A stretch of DNA of 24,704 nt from a virus. Its lineage: Duplodnaviria > Caudoviricetes. The stretch's first letter is position 1; the number at the start of each line of letters is the position of its first letter. This document shows, piece by piece, positions 8,319 to 16,148 of the stretch. The stretch is taken from positions 1 to 24,704 of IMG/VR virus record IMGVR_UViG_3300037506_000050. One strand, given 5' to 3'. The notes beneath the pieces were generated by a model, which worked only from the letters and a program-made list of their open reading frames with translations, was not told the DNA's origin and ran no database searches. The translations under genes and the position numbers were made by a program.

Positions 8319-9952
8319 TGGCTACGTTACTCTGGCGTAAAGCCCGGCACACAACCACAACTCAGGCCTTCTGGGTGTGTGATACGAGTAATACGGGCGG
8401 GCAACTCGGCGTGCGCGTGGCTACCACATATGCGGCGCTCGGCGCGGCGAGCATTACGACCGGGGATACGCTCGGCAGTGGCACCGACTATTGCGGGCTG
8501 GTGACGGCGACCGGGTTGACGGCGAACACCACGTACTATTACCGGCTGACGCTCGGCGGCTCGGACGTGACTCTGCATCCGTCAGGCGGCACCACGAAGT
8601 ACGCCGAGGGGACGCTCAAGACACTGCCGACCGCCGGGCAGGATGTGGACATCGGCGTCCTGATCTGCGGTAACGAGCCGGACCAGACGTTGTTTGCGAT
8701 GTTCGGCGAAACGTTCGATGCGATCTACTGCAACGAGTGGTTGTACATCGACGAGGGCGGTGGGGCAACTGCAACGTATCGTGCAGCCGCGCCCGGTCCG
8801 GCGGCGGAGGCGCTGTACAGCAACGGTAGCCCGCCGAGTAACCTGACCGCCGACCACAACCCGAACAGCTCCAGCAGCGGGATGACTAGCGCAGATTTTG
8901 TGGAGTGGCGTAAGAGCTACCGCATACGCAATCGCTGGAGTTATCTGCGGCGTGATGCGAGCGTCCTCAACACCGTCCGCGACAGGTTCCAGCGGCTCTA
9001 CCCGATGCGCTTCATGTGGGACAACCACGAGTGCCAGACTACCAACGGCACGGCTCGGCGCTCGCGTCCCGGAGAGAACCAGTTCGATGCCGCGTTTCGC
9101 GCGTGGTGGGAATATCACGCGATGGGCAACCCGGTGAACAACGATGCTGGCATCATGGACACGCAACCGACCTACGATGGTTCCACCGTCATTCACCCGT
9201 ACTTCGGCGAGGTGATCGGGGACGTCGAGGTGCTGACGCTAGACCAGATCACGTTTAGTGACATGGCGACGTCTCCGACGCAGCCGCGCGCGCTGGCGGA
9301 TACGGCGCGTGGCTCGCATGAGACAGCCAACCAGCTCAAGTGGGCGGTAGATCGGATCAACAACAGTACGGCCAAGTTCCTTATCGTGTGCATCGGCAAG
9401 CCGTATCAGCAGGGTACGTTCGATTACGAGGATGTGGCGTACGTGCCGGGCTTGCTGAGGACCGTCGGAGCGAAGGACGACCAGACGATCATCCTCGTGT
9501 CCGGCGACCTACACCAGCCGTTCGTGCGGGTGCTGCGCTCGACGGCGTGGAGCGGCGCGGCCACACGCGAGGATCTGACGGCCCCGGTGACGGAGGTCTG
9601 CATCGGTCCGCTAGAGCACACCTCAATCACTGCGTTGGCTGATGCTGGCTACAGCTGCCTGATGAGTGGTAACACCGTGGCGGGCGGACAGGCCGCGAGT
9701 ACGTTCCTGTACCGCCCGGCGGAGTTGGCGACGAATGATGTAGGGATTACCTACAATGATATGGATGCCACGGGTGGCGTGGATAACCACGCGCAGTACG
9801 TGACTGCTGGACAGAGAGAAAAGACCTACTGGAATTATCTCAAAATTGAGCTGCGCTCTGGCGTGTTGACATTGAAGATCATCGCGCCGCTGCGCGCATC
9901 CAAGGTGCTGTGGCAGGGGTCATGGGCCGAGGGGCAGCGGGTGCCGACGTGA
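8318..9952 (+). CDS. Alkaline phosphatase D-like (FN3 + metallophosphoesterase) protein
   Basis: VTATGLTANTTYYYRL (purple acid phosphatase/PhoD N-terminal FN3), LYID, MWDNHE and LVSGDLH. Start 8315 or 8318. Confidence 0.7.
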   Translation: MATLLWRKARHTTTTQAFWVCDTSNTGGQLGVRVATTYAALGAASITTGDTLGSGTDYCGLVTATGLTANTTYYYRLTLGGSDVTLHPSGGTTKYAEGTLKTLPTAGQDVDIGVLICGNEPDQTLFAMFGETFDAIYCNEWLYIDEGGGATATYRAAAPGPAAEALYSNGSPPSNLTADHNPNSSSSGMTSADFVEWRKSYRIRNRWSYLRRDASVLNTVRDRFQRLYPMRFMWDNHECQTTNGTARRSRPGENQFDAAFRAWWEYHAMGNPVNNDAGIMDTQPTYDGSTVIHPYFGEVIGDVEVLTLDQITFSDMATSPTQPRALADTARGSHETANQLKWAVDRINNSTAKFLIVCIGKPYQQGTFDYEDVAYVPGLLRTVGAKDDQTIILVSGDLHQPFVRVLRSTAWSGAATREDLTAPVTEVCIGPLEHTSITALADAGYSCLMSGNTVAGGQAASTFLYRPAELATNDVGITYNDMDATGGVDNHAQYVTAGQREKTYWNYLKIELRSGVLTLKIIAPLRASKVLWQGSWAEGQRVPT

Positions 9953-10549
9953 TCGAACTCGCTCTGCTGCTCATGCTGTGCGGGCCGGCTCCGGTGGTCA
10001 TCACTGAACCCGGTGAGTACGAGTGGTGCACGGCAAATCCTGTGATCAGCCCGAATGATGCTGCCATCCAGATCCGGGCGAGTGACGTGGTGCTGCGCGG
10101 GGCCAAAGCTCAGGACTCGCGCCGCTGCATCGAGGTCTGCGGTCGGGTTCCAGTCGATGGTGGACGGGGTGGTCCGGGGCAACTACGCCGAGACCTGTCA
10201 GAGGGCGTGCATCAGCCTGTACTGGTGGGGCACTGCCCTGCAAACTGGAAACGTGGTCGAGTTGAACCACGTCGTGAATGAGATCGGCACGGGCATCAGC
10301 CTCGGCGGTAGCAACTCGGAGGACGGCACCAAGTATGGCAACATCGTGCGCCACAACATCATCCGCGCCCAGCAGCCGATGTACCTGAAGGGCAACCGCA
10401 CGCCTGCTCCCGATCTGTGGGCGGTCAGCGCGACGGGCAACTATGCACCGGGTGGTTCGAGGATCGGCGCGGCGAGCACGGTGTGCCCGCGCGTGTACGT
10501 GTTCGGCAACGAATCTGCGGCCGGTGGGCGATCCGTTTCCATCTATTGA
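9949..10549 (+). pseudogene. Right-handed beta-helix protein split by an apparent +1 frameshift near 10099-10102
   Basis: GTG 9949 gives MIELALLLML...ITEPGEYE...AIQIRASDVVLRG; the +1 frame continues with beta-helix repeats (GVVRGNYAE, GNVVELNHVV, GNIVRHNII). May be a sequencing indel. Confidence 0.55.
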
Positions 10550-10571
10550 GATCGGGCCGCGTCGACACCGG

Positions 10572-11270
10572 GTGGCGCCGCGGTCATTGTTGGATGACAA
10601 GCCGGTGTTCCCGGTGGTGTACCGGCAAGCCCGGCGGCGGCTCCAAAATGCTGGAGTGGCCGGTGACTTCCTGAATCGAGCTGCGCTGGCGGGTGCAGCT
10701 GATGCCAATGCGGCGACGCTGTCGTTCTGGATCAGGCGCGATGAGGCACCTGTGTCATACCGGTACATCCTCGGGGCAGCGCCGATGAACGTCGTGGGGT
10801 GCTGGGCCCGCTTCAACCCGGCGAGCACCATCACGGTGTCTATGCGTCGGGCGGACGGTTCTGGCATGGTACTGACCAGCTCGACTGTCTTCGTGGTGGG
10901 CGCGTGGCATCACGTCATGATGAGCGGCGCGCTTGGCGCCGGTGTCAACCTGTGGGTCGACGGCGAGTGGCAGGCGAGTGAAGCGTGGACCGTCTCGCCA
11001 TGGGCTATGGCCGGGGCGACGGCATGGCGGATCGGCAACCATGCGGCGTCTGTGTCGTACAATTTCACCGGGGCGTTGGGCGACGTGTACATGGCCGGGG
11101 TAGCGCTGGGCCCGGAGGTGTTCCGGTCGGCCGATGGCGTGCCGTTACCGCCGCCACGAGAGCCGCGGCCGTGGGTGTTGTTCAGCACGGCGGCGGAGTG
11201 GGCACTGACCGCGGAGGGCGGCACGGGCGGTCCGTGGAGTTTAACCGGCGTGCTGGAGGTGACGACATGA
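10572..11270 (+). CDS. LamG/concanavalin A-like protein (start uncertain; may be fused to the upstream beta-helix gene)
   Basis: TLSFWIRR, GAWHHVMMS, VNLWVDG, WRIG and FTGALGDVYM are LamG-like motifs. Confidence 0.7.
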   Translation: MAPRSLLDDKPVFPVVYRQARRRLQNAGVAGDFLNRAALAGAADANAATLSFWIRRDEAPVSYRYILGAAPMNVVGCWARFNPASTITVSMRRADGSGMVLTSSTVFVVGAWHHVMMSGALGAGVNLWVDGEWQASEAWTVSPWAMAGATAWRIGNHAASVSYNFTGALGDVYMAGVALGPEVFRSADGVPLPPPREPRPWVLFSTAAEWALTAEGGTGGPWSLTGVLEVTT

Positions 11271-11479
11271 GCCGATTGAATGGACTGGTGCGGTTCAGGT
11301 TCTATGATGAAGCCTCGTATGAGATGGCGATGATCGAGATGGAAGAGGTCGGTGGTGGACCGCGCGGACATGCTGACAAGCTGGAGATCGAGCTGACCGG
11401 GCCCCTGTGGGGGACCTTGATCGCCGAGCTGCAGCAAGTGGCTGAAAGCCTTGGCGGGGAGCGGCTGCTGGCGGATTGA
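11267..11479 (+). CDS. Hypothetical protein
   Basis: GGAGG RBS and ATGA overlap with the previous stop. Confidence 0.6.
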   Translation: MSRLNGLVRFRFYDEASYEMAMIEMEEVGGGPRGHADKLEIELTGPLWGTLIAELQQVAESLGGERLLAD

Positions 11480-11504
11480 CGAACAGCGGCGAGCCTCGTG
11501 GAAT
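11476..11504 (+). promoter_or_regulatory. Possible sigma70-type promoter TTGACG-N17-TGGAAT
   Basis: Near-consensus -35 with a 17-nt spacer, ahead of the non-structural small-gene block. Confidence 0.3.
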
Positions 11505-11673
11505 AATCGTCGCCCGGAGGTCGGGCATCCGAGGGAGTGGACTGATGATGGATATCGAGCTGAGCGAGCAGGCCGACCGTGGGGCCGAGAACCCGGAGAG
11601 CGGCGTGTACGACTGCGAGGTCGTGAAGCGGCACGTTGCGCCAGGTACTGCGACAGTACGGGAGGCTGCAGTG

Positions 11674-11976
11674 ATGAGTGACAGGACCTACAACGGGTGG
11701 ACCAACTACGCGACTTGGGCGGTCCAGCTCTGGATCGGCAGCGATGAGGGCTCCTACCTGTATTGGCAGGAGCGTGCGGAGAAGCTGCGCGAGGACGTGC
11801 ATGGGCTCGCGAAGGAACTGGAGGAGCTGCACAGGGAGAACAGCCCGGCCGGCGAGTCCGGCGTGTACTGCGACTTACTGCGCTACGCCATTGGGCTGGT
11901 CAACTGGGACGAGATCGCCGAGAGCCTGATAGATGACTTGCCCGACATCGAGGAGGGGAGTGATCATGGCAGTTGA
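11674..11976 (+). CDS. Conserved phage hypothetical protein (YNGWTNY.TW family)
   Basis: GGAGG RBS before GTG 11671/ATG 11674; YNGWTNYATWAVQLWI and VNWDEIAESL are typical of this small phage family. Confidence 0.75.
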   Translation: MSDRTYNGWTNYATWAVQLWIGSDEGSYLYWQERAEKLREDVHGLAKELEELHRENSPAGESGVYCDLLRYAIGLVNWDEIAESLIDDLPDIEEGSDHGS

Positions 11977-12631
11977 GCAACGTCGCGGTTGTGGCTACCG
12001 GAAGATTGGCGCGACCTATGTGGTGAGCAAGGGGCTCAGCCGGCCGTGTGCCCGGCTACCGGCTCCGCTGCACGTCTGCCCGACCTGCAGTCAGGGCATC
12101 AAGCAGACCCGGGGCTGGACGTGGGTCAACCCGGGCAAGCTGCTGGTGGCGGCCCCTGCGTGTCCGTTGGTAGGCGCTGATGGCTGCGTGGGCTGTTCGA
12201 TGGCGCAGCCTGAGCGCATGGGCGAGCGCTGCGGCCTGCTGTGGGTTGGCGAGCAGTTCTATCGCACCACGAGCATCTTCATGGCTGAGGCATCGCGCAT
12301 GGGCGTCAGCCGGCGGATCAGCGCGATCCCGCGGGGCTTCGTGCTTGGCGAGACGTGGGTGCTGCTGGCGCATCCGAAGGCGGTGACCGTCGAGGACGCC
12401 GAGACCGGGCAGATCCGTCCCGGGCCCGGGATCTTCGGCGCGTTCCTGCCGACCGCCATCGAGCGGCTGGTGAGCGAGGAGCAGGCCGCCGATGAGCAGG
12501 CGATGCATGGGTTGCGCGAGCGGGGTATCACCCCGGTCGTGGTGTCAGGGGCGGACAAGGATCATCGCGGCACGGTGTATGACAGGCCGCAGTATGGGTT
12601 GCCGCTCATTGAGGGTGAACAACAACAGTGA
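11966..12631 (+). CDS. Cys-rich conserved phage hypothetical protein
   Basis: Strong RBS; E.RRGCGYRK.G..Y, CPTC and LLWVGEQFY motifs. Confidence 0.75.
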   Translation: MAVEQRRGCGYRKIGATYVVSKGLSRPCARLPAPLHVCPTCSQGIKQTRGWTWVNPGKLLVAAPACPLVGADGCVGCSMAQPERMGERCGLLWVGEQFYRTTSIFMAEASRMGVSRRISAIPRGFVLGETWVLLAHPKAVTVEDAETGQIRPGPGIFGAFLPTAIERLVSEEQAADEQAMHGLRERGITPVVVSGADKDHRGTVYDRPQYGLPLIEGEQQQ

Positions 12632-12730
12632 GAAGGTCGCGGCAGGTCACAGCATCGTACTCCCCATGGCCGAGTGTGGCTTGCCTCGGCACCGTTGTGT
12701 CCGGTTGTGGTACAGTGACTGTCCAGCGAA

Positions 12731-13153
12731 GTGCTGGAGCCTGTGGTGCGCGCACTGTGCCCAAAGTGCGGGTCGGCCCACACGTGGGTCGAGTGTGAGG
12801 GAGCGATGGAAGTGATGAGATGCTTGTGCGGGTTGCACAGGTATCTGGGCCTGCCGCCACCTCAACAACGCGAACCAGAGCCGCTACCGCGCCTGACCGC
12901 GGCCGGCAGCCGTATCGACCGAGCGCTGATGGCGGTGGCCAAGCGCCACCCGGCCCCAGTGACCACGGCGGTGGTGCGTAGGGAGTGCGCGATGTCATCA
13001 AAGGAGGCCCCAGCGCACCTGCACAAGCTGCTGCTGCGCGGGCTGGTGGAGCGTCAGGTTAAGCGGAAGGGCTTCGTGGGCGGCTCACTGTGGCGGTTAT
13101 CGAGTCAGGGCGTGCAGGTGTTGGTGGCCGGAGGTCGAACACAATGGCGTTGA
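12731..13153 (+). CDS. Zn-ribbon plus winged-helix DNA-binding protein
   Basis: CPKC...CLCG followed by TTAVVRRECAMSSKEAPAHLHKLLLRGLVER...GGSLWRLS; TGGTACAGT lies upstream. Confidence 0.65.
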   Translation: MLEPVVRALCPKCGSAHTWVECEGAMEVMRCLCGLHRYLGLPPPQQREPEPLPRLTAAGSRIDRALMAVAKRHPAPVTTAVVRRECAMSSKEAPAHLHKLLLRGLVERQVKRKGFVGGSLWRLSSQGVQVLVAGGRTQWR

Positions 13154-13425
13154 GTATCGGGGTGGCTGAGGGCTCTGCGTTCCGGGTCGGTGAGACGCGC
13201 GTGCGCGTGTCGCGGCTGATGGCTAATGGCGATTTCACCGTGACCGTCGAGGAGTCGGCCATGGATCGTGAGTTTCGCGTGACCTCATCGGTCCGGCAGG
13301 AGATCCTGCCAGACGTGTTCGTGTCGGCGGGCCCGGCGCGACAGGGCAAGGCAATCATCGTCATCGAGGCGCCATGGCAGATCAAGATTCTGCGGGATGG
13401 GTTGCGTGAGCGCCCGGGTCGCTAG
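13144..13425 (+). CDS. CsrA-like small beta protein
   Basis: GGAGG RBS; MALSIGVAEGSAFRVG and IVIEAPWQIKILR resemble the CsrA N-terminus and its IGIEAP..V.I.R motif. Confidence 0.5.
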   Translation: MALSIGVAEGSAFRVGETRVRVSRLMANGDFTVTVEESAMDREFRVTSSVRQEILPDVFVSAGPARQGKAIIVIEAPWQIKILRDGLRERPGR

Positions 13426-13723
13426 ATCGGTGACGGAGGCGGTCGTGTCGGAAGCGATGACGCTGGGGTTGGCCGAGGATCGTGCCGAGGCCCGGCGGAT
13501 GGTCATGACCATAGCGGAGCGCTCCGCGGTGGTGACTGACAAGCGGGGGAACCGGCGTTGCGGGTCGTTCTACCTGACCGTCAGTGGCGGGGTAGTCACC
13601 GGGCTGGTGCTGCGTGCCGGGGTGGTCCACTGGTGTGACGCCTGTCTCGATGCCGGCGTTGTGATGGTCCCTGATGGCAGCATTGCCTGCCCGGAGTGCT
13701 CCGCGCGGTCCGGTCGCCGCTGA
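13406..13723 (+). CDS. Hypothetical protein with C-terminal Zn finger
   Basis: CDAC...CPEC; start could be 13397 or 13406. Confidence 0.6.
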   Translation: MSARVARSVTEAVVSEAMTLGLAEDRAEARRMVMTIAERSAVVTDKRGNRRCGSFYLTVSGGVVTGLVLRAGVVHWCDACLDAGVVMVPDGSIACPECSARSGRR

Positions 13724-13744
13724 ATTTCCGTTCTGAACGGGAAA
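13724..13744. promoter_or_regulatory. 21-bp palindrome copy 2 (ATTTCCGTTCTGAACGGGAAA)
   Basis: Variant of the repeated inverted repeat, upstream of the portal gene. Confidence 0.7.
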
Positions 13745-13764
13745 TGCTTCCTAGTCGCGCCGTG

Positions 13765-13782
13765 GGTGGGAGGATTTACACT
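13765..13782 (+). promoter_or_regulatory. Putative late promoter GGTGGGAGG-att-TACACT
   Basis: Recurrent motif 24 nt upstream of the portal start. Confidence 0.6.
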
Positions 13783-13806
13783 GGGTGCGTAGGTAGGAGG
13801 AGCGCA

Positions 13807-15675
13807 GTGGCCATATCAGACAGCACCCGCCGCAAGGCGAGCATTACCAGCCTGCCAACGCGTGACGAGGACAATCCGGCAGGGTACTCGCGTGTCACCC
13901 CGATCAAGGGTCGTCAGCTCAGTAAGGCTGAGCAGGAGGTCCTGCAGTCGAATGCGCTGGACATCGAGCAAAACGACCTGTTCCGCGGCCTGACCCAGCA
14001 GGACCGGAACGCCATCGTGCAGCCGACCTATAACCCCATTCAGTTGATGATCCTCTGCCAGCAGAACAACACGTTGGCGGCTTGTATCGAGGCGACGGTG
14101 GTCAACATCGACGGGACCGGGTGGACCTTTGCCCGCGAGGACGAAGAGGACATGACCGATAAGGATTGGGAGGCGGTGCAGCCGGCAGAGATGTTCTTCC
14201 GTCAGCCGTGGCCGCGTGAGACCTTCATGCGGCACCGCCGTGCATTACGGCGCGACATGGAGTCCATTGGGTACGCCTTTCTCGAGGTCGTGCGGGATGC
14301 TGGGGGGCGGATCGCGCTGGCGAGGCCGTTGGAGGCGAAGCTGACCTATTTGGTGCAGCTCGACGAGCCGGCGGAGGTAGTGACCGAGATCGAGCGTGGT
14401 GGCCGCAAGGTCATGCATCGCATGATGGCCAAGGAACGGCGCTACGCGCAGGTGCTGGGGAACCGGCTGGTCTACTTTCGGGACTTCGGTACTTCGCGTG
14501 CACTGAACCGCGAGACCGGGGAATGGGAGACCAAGGACAAGCCGGTACCGCGGGCGCTGCAGGCGAGTGAGGTCGTGATGTTCGGGTTGGTGCCGGACGT
14601 CATCACGCCCTATTACCTGCCGCGGTGGATCAGTCAGGTGCCATCGGTGCTGGGGTCGCGACGGGCGGAGGAGTTCAATCTGGAGTGGTTCAACAACGGC
14701 GGCCTGCCGCCCGTAGTCTTTTTCGTTTCCGGCGGTGCCCTGTCGAAAAGCAGTCGCACGGCGTTGTCGAAGTTCCTCGCGGCCGACAGCAAGTTCAAGC
14801 AGCGTGGTGTCGTGGTGGAGATCACCAGCCTGTCCGGTGATCTGGCGGCGGCCAGTAAGGTGGAGCTCAAGACGGAGCGGTTCGGCGACGTGCGCGGGGA
14901 CGCCCTGTTCGGGCAGTACGATCAGCGCTGTGCCGATCACATCCGCTCGGCGTTTCGGATCTCCGATATGTTCCTCGGTAAAGCGGCTGGGTACTCCTTC
15001 GCCACGGCTTACACGCAGGCGATGCTGGACGAGGCGCAGGTCTTCAAGCCGGAGCGGGACAACTTCGATGCCATCATTAACGTGACGCTGATGCGGGAGC
15101 TTGCTCCGGGCTATGTGTTCAAGTCATTGCCGCTGTCGATGAAGGACGTGCAGGTCCAGCTGAATGCGCTCGGCGTGGCCTCGCAGGCGGTGACCCGTGA
15201 CAGCTTTGTGACCGCCGTGAATGAAGCGGCCGGGCTGAAGCTGGTGATGGAGAAACAGCCGGAGCAGGACCCGATGGCGGCGTTGCTCGGCCAGATGGGG
15301 GCTGATGGCGAGGCACCGCCGGACGGCGAGAAGGCGCCCGCCAAACGGGACGGTCAGGAGGAGGCGTTGCCTCCGCCGCAGGGCAAGGCGCCGTCTACGG
15401 TCAAGGTGGCTTCGGACGCGCGTGGGCGCATCGTCAAGATGGATGATGGCATCCTGCTCGGGTTGGCCGATGACTGGGCGGCGCACCTCGCCGGGGATCG
15501 GCAGTTCACGCCGGATCACGTGGTGGCGATGGCACGGTTGGTGAAGAGTTTCAATCCGCGGCTGCGCAAGCTGTTCAATGGGTATGTGGGCCAGCGGATG
15601 GTACCCGGCGAGATGCGGGATGCCATGACCACCATTGACACCATCGCCGCTGCGGCTGAGGCGTTGGAGTCATGA
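13807..15675 (+). CDS. Phage portal protein (PBSX XkdE-like) with C-terminal extension
   Basis: AGGAGG RBS before GTG 13807; DMESIGYAFLEVVRD, YYLPRWIS, FNLEWFNNGGLPP and IRSAFRI..FLG; position before MuF and protease. Confidence 0.92.
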   Translation: MAISDSTRRKASITSLPTRDEDNPAGYSRVTPIKGRQLSKAEQEVLQSNALDIEQNDLFRGLTQQDRNAIVQPTYNPIQLMILCQQNNTLAACIEATVVNIDGTGWTFAREDEEDMTDKDWEAVQPAEMFFRQPWPRETFMRHRRALRRDMESIGYAFLEVVRDAGGRIALARPLEAKLTYLVQLDEPAEVVTEIERGGRKVMHRMMAKERRYAQVLGNRLVYFRDFGTSRALNRETGEWETKDKPVPRALQASEVVMFGLVPDVITPYYLPRWISQVPSVLGSRRAEEFNLEWFNNGGLPPVVFFVSGGALSKSSRTALSKFLAADSKFKQRGVVVEITSLSGDLAAASKVELKTERFGDVRGDALFGQYDQRCADHIRSAFRISDMFLGKAAGYSFATAYTQAMLDEAQVFKPERDNFDAIINVTLMRELAPGYVFKSLPLSMKDVQVQLNALGVASQAVTRDSFVTAVNEAAGLKLVMEKQPEQDPMAALLGQMGADGEAPPDGEKAPAKRDGQEEALPPPQGKAPSTVKVASDARGRIVKMDDGILLGLADDWAAHLAGDRQFTPDHVVAMARLVKSFNPRLRKLFNGYVGQRMVPGEMRDAMTTIDTIAAAAEALES

Positions 15676-15995
15676 GCTACTTCCTGAGCGGTGGTGAGAT
15701 GCTGGACATGACTGGCGCGAGCGAGGGCGGCACGCCCGGCGTGCGGGCTTACGATCATCGCCAGATCGGTGAGGTTTATCCAGACAGCTACCCGGAGGTT
15801 GAGAGCTACATGAGGGATTTCATGCGCCAGACTGGAGCCATCCGCGTGCACTACTCTGGCGACCTGTGCGACCCGGTGCTGGCGTCGCTTGACGTAAGCC
15901 CGGGACGCGATGCGCCGTCTGATACCGCGCTACGCCAGTTGGTGGACATCTCTTCTGGTGGTCTTGAGTTGGATCTGTGGACTGACAATGTGTAG
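15672..15995 (+). CDS. Hypothetical protein resembling a domain of large phage polyvalent proteins
   Basis: ATGA overlap with the portal stop; G.MLD.[ST]G...G...R..DHR.I...M..FM..GAIR pattern (recalled, not searched). Confidence 0.6.
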   Translation: MSYFLSGGEMLDMTGASEGGTPGVRAYDHRQIGEVYPDSYPEVESYMRDFMRQTGAIRVHYSGDLCDPVLASLDVSPGRDAPSDTALRQLVDISSGGLELDLWTDNV

Positions 15996-16144
15996 TGGAC
16001 CACCAGACCGGGAAGAAGGGCGTGGTGGACCGTGTCGAGACGAGACGCAGCGGAGAAAAGGATGTGTACGTGCGGTGGGACGGCGATACGGCTGGCCGCT
16101 CTCTCGGCAAGCTCACAATGAGCTTCGTCACGATAGAAGGGTAG
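15995..16144 (+). CDS. Small SH3/KOW-like hypothetical protein (49 aa, not in the ORF track)
   Basis: TAGTG overlap; MDHQTGKKGVVDRVETRRSGEKDVYVRWDGD...; fills the gap before MuF. Confidence 0.5.
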   Translation: MDHQTGKKGVVDRVETRRSGEKDVYVRWDGDTAGRSLGKLTMSFVTIEG

Positions 16145-16148
16145 TGCT

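Noticed and set aside
11476-11673. N-terminal extension of the 11476-11976 ORF
   Set aside because: The family motif and a GGAGG RBS point to a start at 11671/11674, although a start near 11545 cannot be excluded.
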